Source: Thermoanaerobaculia bacterium (GTDB lineage Bacteria; Acidobacteriota; Thermoanaerobaculia; Multivoradales; UBA5704). Taken from it: 64,000 nucleotides of DNA. The stretch covers positions 160,001 through 224,000 of the forward strand of contig JBGAGQ010000001.1 of NCBI GenBank assembly GCA_044226625.1, given 5' to 3'. The notes beneath the pieces were generated by a model that did not search any database, had not been told where the DNA came from, and saw only the letters and a list, made by a program, of their open reading frames with translations. Position 1 is the first letter of the stretch. Every line of letters begins with the position of its first letter. Shown piece by piece: positions 19,949 to 28,923 of this stretch. A program made the translations under genes and the position numbers.

Positions 19949-20953
19949 ATGCTCCACGTTTTCCGGCGCCCGGTCCGCGTTCCGGGTCGCCTTTTCGCGT
20001 TCGCGCTCGGCGCGGCCGCCTTCGCCTCGTTCGTCCTCGCCTCCCCCGCCCTCGGCTGCTCGATGTGCCGCTGCGGCGATCCCACCTTCAACGCCCTCGG
20101 CACGGACGTCTACGCCCAGGGGAACTTCCGCATCGCGATCGACGGCGAGCGCTTCGAAAAGGAGCAGGCCGTCTCCGAGCACCACGGCCCTGAAGACGGC
20201 ACGGTGGAGAGCACTGACGGAGAGGAACACACCGCCAGCGAGGCGCAGGTCGAGCGGCGGGTGACCGCGACGCTCTCTTATGCCTTCGATCGGGTGAACC
20301 TGGTCGCCCGCCTCCCCTGGAGCGACCGCACGCTCGAGACGATCGGCGAGCCGGGGAGCGAGAGCTCGAACGGTCTCGCCGACCCGGAGCTCTACGCGCT
20401 GGTCCGCCTGTGGTCCGCGCCGTTCGTGGGCGACCTCGGTCGGCGCGCCTGGATCTCGGCTGTGGGCGGCGTCAAGACCGCCTGGGGAGAGAACGACCTC
20501 AAGTCCGGCGGCGAGCGCCTGGAGGAGCACCTCCAGCCCGGCACCGGCTCGACCGACTGGTTCGGCGGCTTCTCGGGCGTCTACCTTTTCGATTCCAGAT
20601 CTTCGCTGTTCGGCTCGCTCCAGTTCCGCAAGATGGGGACGAACGACTTCGGCTATCGCTACGGCGACGTCCGGCTCGCCAACCTCGGCTATAAGCGGAA
20701 GCTTGGCAAGCGGCTCGACGCGAGCCTGGAAGCAAATTACCGCGACGCCGACCGCGACCGGATCAGCGCCGAGGAAGGGATCGACCCGAACACCGGAGGC
20801 TCGGTGCTCTACCTGTCGCCCAGGCTCTCCGCCGACTTCGGCCACGGCCTCGTCGGTCGCCTTTCCTTCCAGATTCCGGTCGCCGACAACCTCGACGGTG
20901 ATCAGACCGAGAAGACGGTCGCGAACTTTGGGTTGACGTTCCTGGTGCGGTAG
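19949..20953 (+). CDS. Outer-membrane beta-barrel/transporter family protein with N-terminal CxxCxC
   Basis: Signal peptide, CSMCRCGDP, HLQPGTGSTDW, alternating beta strands, terminal GLTF. Confidence 0.7.
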   Translation: MLHVFRRPVRVPGRLFAFALGAAAFASFVLASPALGCSMCRCGDPTFNALGTDVYAQGNFRIAIDGERFEKEQAVSEHHGPEDGTVESTDGEEHTASEAQVERRVTATLSYAFDRVNLVARLPWSDRTLETIGEPGSESSNGLADPELYALVRLWSAPFVGDLGRRAWISAVGGVKTAWGENDLKSGGERLEEHLQPGTGSTDWFGGFSGVYLFDSRSSLFGSLQFRKMGTNDFGYRYGDVRLANLGYKRKLGKRLDASLEANYRDADRDRISAEEGIDPNTGGSVLYLSPRLSADFGHGLVGRLSFQIPVADNLDGDQTEKTVANFGLTFLVR

Positions 20954-20970
20954 GAACCGACATTTTTGTA

Positions 20971-21011
20971 CACCATGCCGGCGTTTTACGCCGTAAAATG
21001 CCGGTATGGTG
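20971..21011. promoter_or_regulatory. 20-bp inverted repeat covering a -10 (TAAAAT) and the start codon of the AAA_14-DUF4143 gene
   Basis: caccatgccggcgttttacg-c-cgtaaaatgccggtatggtg (18/20 arms match). Confidence 0.6.
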
Positions 21012-22169
21012 AGCAGAAAAGTCTTCCACCGGATCACCGCGGCGCCCAGGTCCAGTTTCTTCCTGTTCGGCGCGCGCGGGGTCGGCAAGAGCACCTGGGC
21101 TCGTGAAACGTTTCCGGAGGCTCATCGCTTCGACCTGCTCGACGAGGGGCGGTTTCAAAGCTACCTCTCCGATCCGGGGCTCTTCGGCAGCGAGCTTCGC
21201 GCGTTCAAACCGGGAAGCCAGGTGGTAGTGGACGAGGTCCAGCGGATTCCTGGGCTGTTGAACGAGGTCCACCGCGCGATCGAGGAGCTGGATCTGCGCT
21301 TCGCCCTTCTCGGATCGAGCGCACGAAAGCTCAAGACCGCGGGCACGAACCTACTGGCTGGCCGCGCGCTCTGGCGCACGATGTTCCCCTTCGTCCCCGA
21401 GGAGCTGGGAGCGGCCTTCGACCTGGCGACCACGTTGGAATTTGGCAGCATTCCCCTGGTCGTCGCCTCGGAAGCGCGCGCCGAAACCTTGGAAGCCTAC
21501 GTCCAGCTTTACCTGCGCGAAGAGATCCGGGGTGAGGCGTTGGTGCGGAACCTACCGGGGTTCGTCCGCTTCCTGCCGATCGCCGCTTTAGCCCACGGGC
21601 AGGCCATCAACGTCGCCGGGATCGCCCGCGATTCCGGCACAGCGCGGCCCACGGTCCAGGGCTACCTCGAGATCCTCGAAGACACCCTGCTCGCGTGGCG
21701 GCTTTCGGCGTTCGAATCGAAGCTACGGATCCGGGAGAGGAAGCACTCCAAGCTCTACTGGCTCGATCCGGGCCTCGTTCGGGCGATCAAGAAGCAGAGC
21801 GGCCCGGTCTCCGCGGAAGAAGCCGGAGCCCTTTTCGAGGGGTGGATCCACATGCTGCTCCGCGCCTACGGCGAAGCGGGCTCGCTGTTCGACGAGATCA
21901 CCTATTGGGCACCGGCCGAATCGCGCTCGGTGGAAGTCGACTTCCTCATCGAGCGAGGCGGCGAGCACCTGGCGATCGAGGTGAAGGCGGGCGAGCGCTT
22001 CGCGACCGGCTGGCTTGCCGGGTTGAAGGCGATCGGCGACCTACCGCGGCTCGCGCGCCGCATCCTCGTCTATACCGGCGAGCGCGAACTTCGCACCCCC
22101 GAAGGGATCGAGGTCTGGCCGCTGACCAAGTTCTTGGCGGCGCTGGCTGAAGGCAACCTCTGGCCCTGA
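21006..22169 (+). CDS. AAA_14 ATPase + DUF4143 (PD-(D/E)xK-like) protein
   Basis: GARGVGKS, DEVQR, GSSA, LAGRA, KLYWLDPGL, EVDF..AIEVK. Confidence 0.9.
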   Translation: MVSRKVFHRITAAPRSSFFLFGARGVGKSTWARETFPEAHRFDLLDEGRFQSYLSDPGLFGSELRAFKPGSQVVVDEVQRIPGLLNEVHRAIEELDLRFALLGSSARKLKTAGTNLLAGRALWRTMFPFVPEELGAAFDLATTLEFGSIPLVVASEARAETLEAYVQLYLREEIRGEALVRNLPGFVRFLPIAALAHGQAINVAGIARDSGTARPTVQGYLEILEDTLLAWRLSAFESKLRIRERKHSKLYWLDPGLVRAIKKQSGPVSAEEAGALFEGWIHMLLRAYGEAGSLFDEITYWAPAESRSVEVDFLIERGGEHLAIEVKAGERFATGWLAGLKAIGDLPRLARRILVYTGERELRTPEGIEVWPLTKFLAALAEGNLWP

Positions 22170-22226
22170 GCTTGCCTCAGGTGATCAACCACTCGGCGCC
22201 TGCCACTCTTTAACCTGCGACGTTGC

Positions 22227-22694
22227 CTAGATCTGCCCGGTCCGCGCTGCGTGGATGAAGTCGACATACGGCGGCTCGTGCCCGGCGCGGCGTAGGTCGG
22301 CGAGGATCTGCGCGCGGTGGTGGACACCGTGGAAGATCGTCTGGCCGAGGATGTCGCCGACGCTATTGGTCCACGTCTCGCCGAGGGAGTTCACATAGAC
22401 GACCTTCAGGTCGAGATCCGCCTCTTCGAGGGTTTCGACTTCCTTTCTCCAAAGCTCGGCGGCCTCGACGAGCTCGCGCGCGACCGCGGCAAGATCGAGA
22501 TCCGGCCAGACGGCGAGGGGACTCCCTTCCCTTCGGATGCGCGCGAGCCAGAGACGGAGGACCCCCGCCACGTGGGCCAGCGTTCCTAGCGTTGCGAACG
22601 GCGGGGAAGGCAGCCCTTCGAGCGCGGTCAGGATCTCGCGGTTCGCCCAGGCGTCGAAGGCGAGCTGGCGGCGAATTTCTTTCAGACGATTCAT
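22227..22694 (-). CDS. DinB family protein
   Basis: FDAWAN, TLAHV..LWLARI, HGVHHRAQI. Confidence 0.85.
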   Translation of the reverse strand: MNRLKEIRRQLAFDAWANREILTALEGLPSPPFATLGTLAHVAGVLRLWLARIRREGSPLAVWPDLDLAAVARELVEAAELWRKEVETLEEADLDLKVVYVNSLGETWTNSVGDILGQTIFHGVHHRAQILADLRRAGHEPPYVDFIHAARTGQI

Positions 22695-22752
22695 GCCGGA
22701 CAGCCTATCTCGGAGGTCGCGACGCAACTTCTCGGCTCGCCGTCCGTACCCC

Positions 22753-22805
22753 TTGACGACAACTGTCGTCACGAGTATCTTCCCGCCTGACGACAGATGT
22801 AGGCA
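22753..22805 (+). promoter_or_regulatory. Sigma70 promoter and two BlaI-type operators upstream of the BlaI-family gene
   Basis: TTGACG-17 bp-TATCTT. Palindrome TGACGACA-AC-TGTCGTCA (22754-22771) and degenerate copy TGACGACAGATGTAGGCA (22788-22805). Confidence 0.8.
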
Positions 22806-22820
22806 ACCCAGGAGGAGCCC

Positions 22821-23222
22821 GTGACCCCAGACGCTTCCGTTCCGAAATCGATCGGCGATCAGGAGCTGGCGCTGCTCCGTTTCCTCGCCGACCGTGGCCC
22901 TCTCTCGGTGGGAGAAGCGGCGGAGGAATACGGCGCGCCGCGCGATCTAGCGCGCTCGACCGTGCTCACGATGATGGAGCGACTGCGCGCCAAGGGGCAC
23001 CTCGAGCGCAACAGCGACGGCGGCGTCTACCGCTACCAGACCTTGCAGCGCCCGGCCGAGCTGATGCGCGGCCTCGTCGGGCAATTCGTCGATCGCGCGC
23101 TCGGCGGCTCGGTCTCGCCGTTCGTGAGCTACCTCGCGGAGCGCGGCGAGGTCTCGGACGTCGAGCTTTCGGAGCTCGAACGCCTGGTCGAGCAGCTGCA
23201 GGAAAAGCGGAGGGATTCATGA
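22821..23222 (+). CDS. BlaI/MecI/CopY family transcriptional repressor
   Basis: ELALL, ARSTVLTMMERLRAKG, GGS, ELxEL. Confidence 0.9.
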   Translation: MTPDASVPKSIGDQELALLRFLADRGPLSVGEAAEEYGAPRDLARSTVLTMMERLRAKGHLERNSDGGVYRYQTLQRPAELMRGLVGQFVDRALGGSVSPFVSYLAERGEVSDVELSELERLVEQLQEKRRDS

Positions 23223-25096
23223 GCAACGCCGCCTTCGTCCCCGCGACCCTCGAAGCGCTCGGTCGGCTCTCCTGCCTCCTCGCGCCCCTCGGCCGGGCAA
23301 CCCTTTTCGGGGGACTGCTCGCGGGCCTCGTCTGGGGCCTCGCTCGGAAAGCGCGCCGCCTGCCCGCAGGGCTCCTCGCCGCGATCTGGTGGGTGGTGGG
23401 CTTCCAGTTCCTGCTCGCGCTCGCCTGGCGCGAGCCGATCGTACTGCCGCTCCTGCCGGCGCGAGCGGAGCGGGCCACCCCCTCTCCGGTCCTCTCCGTG
23501 TCGCCGGAGACAAGGGTTTCGGCCGTGGAGCCTGCTGCCACCAGCCAGGAACCGCGCGGAACGGCCACCGATCCATCGGGACCGCCAACGGTCCGAAGCT
23601 CGAGCGGATTCGATACGCGCCCCCTCGCTTCCGCCCTCGTGATCGTCTGGCTGCTCGGTTGCCTGGCCCAGGGCCCGCGGACGTGGAGATCGCTCGCCGC
23701 CGCATGGCGTCTTCGACGTTCGGCTCGCCCCGTCGACGACCCCGAGCTGCTCGCCCGCGCCGGCTCGATCGCGGCCCGTCTCGGCCTCCACAAAGCGCCT
23801 CCGATCGCCTTTTCCGCCGAGGTGCGGGTGCCGCAGATCATGGGGCTGATGCGCCCCGTCGTGCTGCTCCCCGAGGGGCTCGCCGGATCGGATCTCGAGC
23901 TCGTGCTGGGTCACGAGTTGGCCCATCTGGTACGCCGAGATCTCTGGCTCGGGCTCGTGCCCGCCCTCGCCGAACGGCTGTTTTTTTTCCATCCGCTCGC
24001 TCGGCTCGCCGCGCGCGAGTACGCCCTCGCGTGCGAGGCGGCGTGCGACGCCCGCATGCTCGCAGCCCTCGAAGCTCCCGCCGCACGGTACGGGCATCTC
24101 CTGCTCCGCTTCGGCGTGGTTCCGCGCCAAGCCGCCTTCGCGGCGACCGGCGCTTCCCCGACGTACCTCCACTTGAAAAGGAGACTCCTCATGCTGCAGA
24201 ACTCCGCCCCCGCCGGGCGGCGAGCCCTGCCATGGCTGGCGCTGCTGGCCGCCGTCGGCTTGGTCGCCGCATCCCCCTTCCGGTTGATCGCGAAGCCCCG
24301 TCCCCAGGACGCCGAGCCTCGAACGGATGGAGCGGTCGTCGCGGAAACGCGCACCGTCTCGACGAACGAAGGTTCGACCACCCAGTACTCGTATTCCTAT
24401 AGCTACGCCTCCAACGACCGGACGGCTCCCCCTCCCCCGCCGGCGCCGCCCGCTCTCCCCGCACCTCCCGCACCTCCCGCCCCACCGAAACCGCCGAAGG
24501 ATTCGCGTCACGCGTCGATCTGGAGCTCCGACGACGACGGCAACTCGTACGTGGTGCTCTCGGGCGAGAACTCCTCGATGTCTGGGTCTCCCCGCGACCT
24601 GGGTCGGGCAGAGTCTTACCGGAAGGGCGGCGGCGATCTGATTTGGTTCGAGCGGAACGGCCAGGAGTACGTGATCCGCGATGCGGCACTGGTCAAGGCG
24701 GCGCAGGATGCCTTCCAGCCGGTCTCCGATCTGGGGGAAAAGCAGGGCGCGCTCGGCGCGGAGCAAGGCAAGCTCGGCGCCAAGCAGGGTGAGATGGGTG
24801 CCAAGCAAGGCGAACTGGGCGCGAAGATGGGCGCGCTCGCCGCTCGACAAGGCGCGCTGCGGCGCGACGACGACGAAGGGTCCGACGCGCTCGAGGAGCA
24901 GATGGAAGAGCTCGGCCGCCAGCAGGAAGAGCTGGGTCGGAAGCAGGACGAGCTCGGCCGGCAACAGGACGCCCTGGGTAAGAAACAGGACGAACTGGGC
25001 CGGAAGCAAGAGGAGGCCTCGAAAACCGCGGAGCGCCAGCTCCAGAAGCTGATGGACGAGGCGATCGCCAGCGGGAAGGCCGAGAAAGTTCACTAG
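23219..25096 (+). CDS. M56 family (BlaR1-like) metallopeptidase with Pro-rich linker and coiled-coil heptad tail
   Basis: HELAH..RRD, FFHP, EAACD, LKRRL, (LGxKQGE)n tail. Confidence 0.9.
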   Translation: MSNAAFVPATLEALGRLSCLLAPLGRATLFGGLLAGLVWGLARKARRLPAGLLAAIWWVVGFQFLLALAWREPIVLPLLPARAERATPSPVLSVSPETRVSAVEPAATSQEPRGTATDPSGPPTVRSSSGFDTRPLASALVIVWLLGCLAQGPRTWRSLAAAWRLRRSARPVDDPELLARAGSIAARLGLHKAPPIAFSAEVRVPQIMGLMRPVVLLPEGLAGSDLELVLGHELAHLVRRDLWLGLVPALAERLFFFHPLARLAAREYALACEAACDARMLAALEAPAARYGHLLLRFGVVPRQAAFAATGASPTYLHLKRRLLMLQNSAPAGRRALPWLALLAAVGLVAASPFRLIAKPRPQDAEPRTDGAVVAETRTVSTNEGSTTQYSYSYSYASNDRTAPPPPPAPPALPAPPAPPAPPKPPKDSRHASIWSSDDDGNSYVVLSGENSSMSGSPRDLGRAESYRKGGGDLIWFERNGQEYVIRDAALVKAAQDAFQPVSDLGEKQGALGAEQGKLGAKQGEMGAKQGELGAKMGALAARQGALRRDDDEGSDALEEQMEELGRQQEELGRKQDELGRQQDALGKKQDELGRKQEEASKTAERQLQKLMDEAIASGKAEKVH

Positions 25097-26612
25097 CCCC
25101 CCCGCTTCCGCTGCCTCACGCCGGCCGCTCCGGCTGGCTCAGATCTCGCCCGACAGTGCCTCCCCCTGACGACCCGCCAAGGGCGCCGAGCGACAGCTCC
25201 GCCCGTTCGCGGTCGTTCATCGGGGAGGCACGCTCGGGGAAACGCCGCTCCTAGGCGTCCTTCCCCTCGGTTCCCAGGCTTGGATCGCGGCAGGACGAAA
25301 CGGCCGGCCGAGCCACCGTGAGATACTCTGGGCTCAAGAGTCCCTCGCTCCGGTTCCAACTCTTCCCGAGCGGCGCTTCCCCACGCGAGCCTTTCATGCC
25401 CTCCGAGTCCAACGTCCCCGCGCGCCCCGAAACCCAGGAACCCGGCTTCCACGACCTGCAGCTTTCTCCCGCGGTGCTGCGGGCGCTCGACGACGTCGGT
25501 TACGAGACCCCATCGCCGATCCAGGCCGCGACTGATCCCGCCGCACCTCCCGCCCCACCGAAACCGCCGAAGGATTCGCGTCACGCGTCGATCTGGAGGC
25601 TCCGACGACGACGGCAACTCGTACGTGGTGCTCTCGGGCGAGAACTCCTCGATGTCTGGGTCTCCCGCGACCTGGGTCGGGCAGAGTCCTACCGGAAGGG
25701 CGGCGGCGACCTGATTTGGTTCGAGCGGAACGGCCAGGAGTACGTGATCCGCGACGCGGCGTTGATCAAGGCGGCGCAGGATGCCTTCCAGCCGGTCTCC
25801 GAGCTGGGCGAAAAGCAGGGCGCCCTCGGCGCGGAGCAGGGCAAGATCGGCGCTAAGCAGGGTGAGCTCGGTGCCAAGCAAGGCGAGCTGGGCGCGAGGA
25901 TCGGCGCGCTCGCCGCACAACAGAGTGAGCTGCGACACAACGACGACGAAGGGTCCGACGCGCTCGAGCGGCAGAGAGATGAGCTCGGCCGCCAACAGGA
26001 CCAGCTGGGTCGGAAGCAGGACGAGCTCTCACGGCAACAAGACGCCCTCAGCAGGAAGCAAGACGATCTGAGCCGCAGGCAAGAGGAGGCGTCGAAAGCC
26101 GCGGAGCGCCAGCTCAAGAAGCTGATGGACGAGGCGGTCGCGAGCGGCAAGGCCGAAAAAGTCCACTAACCTTCGCCCCGCTTCCGCTGCCTCACGCCGG
26201 CCGCTCCGGCTGGCTCAGATCTCGCCCGACAGTGGATTTCTTTGACGCCCCCGCCGCGGGTGCCGAGCGACAGCTCCGCCCGTGCGCGGTCGTTCATCGG
26301 GGAGGCACGCTCGTGGAAACGCCGCTCCTAGGCGTCCTTCCCCTCGGTTCCCAGGCTTGGATCGCGGCAGGAGATACTGTGAGCCACCGTGAGATACTCT
26401 GGGCTCAAGAGTCCTTGCTCCGGTTCTGCTCCTCCCGAGCGGCGCACCCCCACGCGAGCCCTTCATGCCCTCCGAGTCCAACGTCCCCGCGCGCCCCGAA
26501 ACCCAGGAACCCGGCTTCCACGACCTGCAGCTTTCTCCCGCGGTGCTGCGGGCGCTCGACGACGTCGGTTACGAGACCCCATCGCCGATCCAGGCCGCGA
26601 CGATCCCGCCGC
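24468..26612 (+). repeat. Imperfect tandem duplication, period about 1073 bp (M56 3' end + intergenic region + deaD 5' end)
   Basis: 24468-25540 is repeated at 25541-26612. The ends are near-identical and the middle is diverged. Confidence 0.92.
25396..26169 (+). pseudogene. Chimeric fragment: first ~46 codons of deaD fused to a second copy of the M56 C-terminus
   Basis: MPSESNV..PSPIQAAT joins PPAPPKPPKDSRHASIW...SGKAEKVH. Single-base indels lie near the junction. Confidence 0.75.
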
Positions 26613-28274
26613 TGCTCGCGGGAAAAGATCTCGTCGGACAGGCGCAAACCGGCACGGGAAAGACGGCGGCTTTCGCGCTGCCGATCCTCACCCGGCTTAC
26701 CTCCAAGGCCACGAAACCGCAGGCCCTCGTGCTTACCCCGACGCGGGAGCTCGCGATCCAGGTGGCCGAGGCGTTCCAGCGCTACGCGGCGCACGTGCCT
26801 GGGTTCCACGTCCTGCCGATCTACGGCGGCCAAAGCTACGGACCGCAGCTCTCCGCCCTCCGCCGCGGCGTCCACGTCGTAGTCGGGACGCCGGGGCGCA
26901 TCCTCGACCATCTCGAAAAGGCCTCGCTCGATCTGTCGGGGATCGCCACGCTGGTGCTCGACGAGGCGGACGAGATGCTGCGCATGGGGTTCATCGAGGA
27001 CGTCGAGACGATCCTAGAAAAGACCCCGCCGGAACGTCAGGTCGCGCTCTTCTCGGCCACCATGCCGGCGCCGATCCGGCGGATCGCCCAGAAGCACCTC
27101 GACGCACCGGTCGAGGTGACGATCCGCGGCACGACGACGACCGCGCCGAAGATCCGCCAGCGCTACTGGCTGGTCGGCGGCATGCACAAGCTCGACGCGC
27201 TCACCCGGATCCTGGAGGTCGAGCCGTTCGAAGCGATGATCGTCTTCGCGCGCACCAAGCTCTCGTGCGCCGAGCTCGCCGAGCGGCTGGAGGCGCGCGG
27301 CTTCGCTGCCGCTCCGATCCACGGGGACATGCAGCAGGCGATGCGCGAAAAGACCATCGCCCGCTTGAAGGACGGCCAGCTCGACATCCTGGTCGCGACC
27401 GACGTCGCCGCCCGAGGCCTCGACGTCGACCGGATCAGCCACGTCCTGAACTACGACATTCCGAACGACACCGAGGCGTACGTTCACCGCATCGGCCGCA
27501 CCGGCCGCGCGGGACGGAGCGGCGAGGCGATCCTGTTCGTCACCCCGCGCGAGCGGACGATGCTCGCGGCGATCGAGCGCGCGACGCGCCAGAAGATCGA
27601 GCCGATGGAGCTCCCCTCGATCGAGGCGGTGAACGACCAACGGATCGGCAAGTGGAAGCGCCAGCTCACCGAGACGCTCGCCAAAGAGGGGCTCGAGCCG
27701 TTTCAAAAGCTGGTCGAGCAGTACGAACGCGAGCACGACGTCCCGGTGCTCGAGATCGCGGCGGCACTCGCCCGAATGGCGCACGGCGACGCGCCGCTGC
27801 TGCTGGAGAAGGCCGCGCCAACTCCAAGGCCCCGGCCGAAAGCCCAACCGGCATTGCCCTGGACTTCGAAACCATCCACCCAGCCGCAGCGCGGCGGTCC
27901 GCGAACGCCCGCGCCGACGGCCGCTCGGCGTGGCGAGTCCGCCGCGCCACCGGTTTCTCGGCGCGGCGAGACCAGCTCGCCTCGTTTGGCCTCCGCGAGC
28001 CTCGCCCGGTTTCGCGCGCTATCGGGTCGAGGTGGGAAGCGACCACGGCGCCAAGCCCGGCAACCTGGTCGGAGCGATCACCAACGAAGCGGGCCTCGAA
28101 AGCCGGCACATCGGCCGGATCGAGCTCCGCGACGATCATTCCTTCGTCGAGCTGCCGGTGGGCCTTTCGAGCGCGACGCTCCGGCACCTGCAGAACGTCC
28201 GCGTCGCCGGACAGCGCCTCGCGATCTCCCGCGAGCGCGACCTTCCGAAACGGCCCAAACCCAAAGGAACGTAG
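26465..28274 (+). CDS. deaD: DEAD-box RNA helicase DeaD/CsdA, frameshifted before the DbpA RNA-binding domain
   Basis: Q motif, AQTGTGKT, PTRELA, DEAD, SAT, HRIGRTGRAG. The C-domain YRVEVGSDHGAKPGNLVGAITNE lies in another frame ending at 28274. Confidence 0.9.
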
Positions 28275-28383
28275 AGAACGTAGAGACGCCCCAGGCCCGC
28301 GGGAAGGATCGTGGATCACCGAACCGGAGACGCCCCGACGTCCGTGGTCCAGGAGAGATCGGTGGCAAGGTACTGGGGCGTCT

Positions 28384-28923
28384 CTACATCGGGTCTCGGC
28401 CTGGGTGGAGGGAAATCCGAGCGGGCGGGTCGTCCACGCGGAACGACAGCGGTCGCGGATCGCCGAGGCCGCGCAGCAGGACGTGATTCACTTGAGAAGG
28501 CTCGACTTCGAACAGCACGCGGTCGATCAAATCGAAATCGCCTTCGACCCCCGTCACTTTGAAGTACAGCCAGGCCTCGCGGTAGCTCACCTCGCGCCCG
28601 ACCCGTTCGATCGGCAAAGGCTTGCCACCCGGCGGGGTCACGAGAAAACGCGAGGCGAGGTAGCCGACGATCTCCCGTTCCGCCTCGGGCGACTCGAGCG
28701 GCAGCCGCCTGCCCGAGATCCTCTGGAGGGCGCCCTCGAGCTCCTCGGGCACGACCGCGAGCGCCACTTCGAGGCAGCGGCACTCGACGCGATAGTCGAC
28801 CTCGGCGTGGCTCGCGTGAAACGGATGGGCGGCTACCGGAACGGCGCTCCCGAATCCCGCGAGCAGGAGGAGCGCCGCCGGCAGCCCTGTCGTCGCGACC
28901 GGCCGTCTCGACCCTGGGCTCAA
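28384..28923 (-). CDS. DUF6702-like secreted protein
   Basis: Signal peptide then AHPFHAS, LFEVEPSQVNHV. Coupled downstream of the M1 peptidase. Confidence 0.7.
   Translation of the reverse strand: MSPGSRRPVATTGLPAALLLLAGFGSAVPVAAHPFHASHAEVDYRVECRCLEVALAVVPEELEGALQRISGRRLPLESPEAEREIVGYLASRFLVTPPGGKPLPIERVGREVSYREAWLYFKVTGVEGDFDLIDRVLFEVEPSQVNHVLLRGLGDPRPLSFRVDDPPARISLHPGRDPM

Noticed and set aside
25318-26169. Novel DeaD-M56 fusion protein
   Set aside because: Explained by the duplication junction and compensating indels; it has no complete catalytic domain.
27830-28010. Programmed frameshift in deaD
   Set aside because: No slippery heptamer seen, and other indels nearby point to sequence error.
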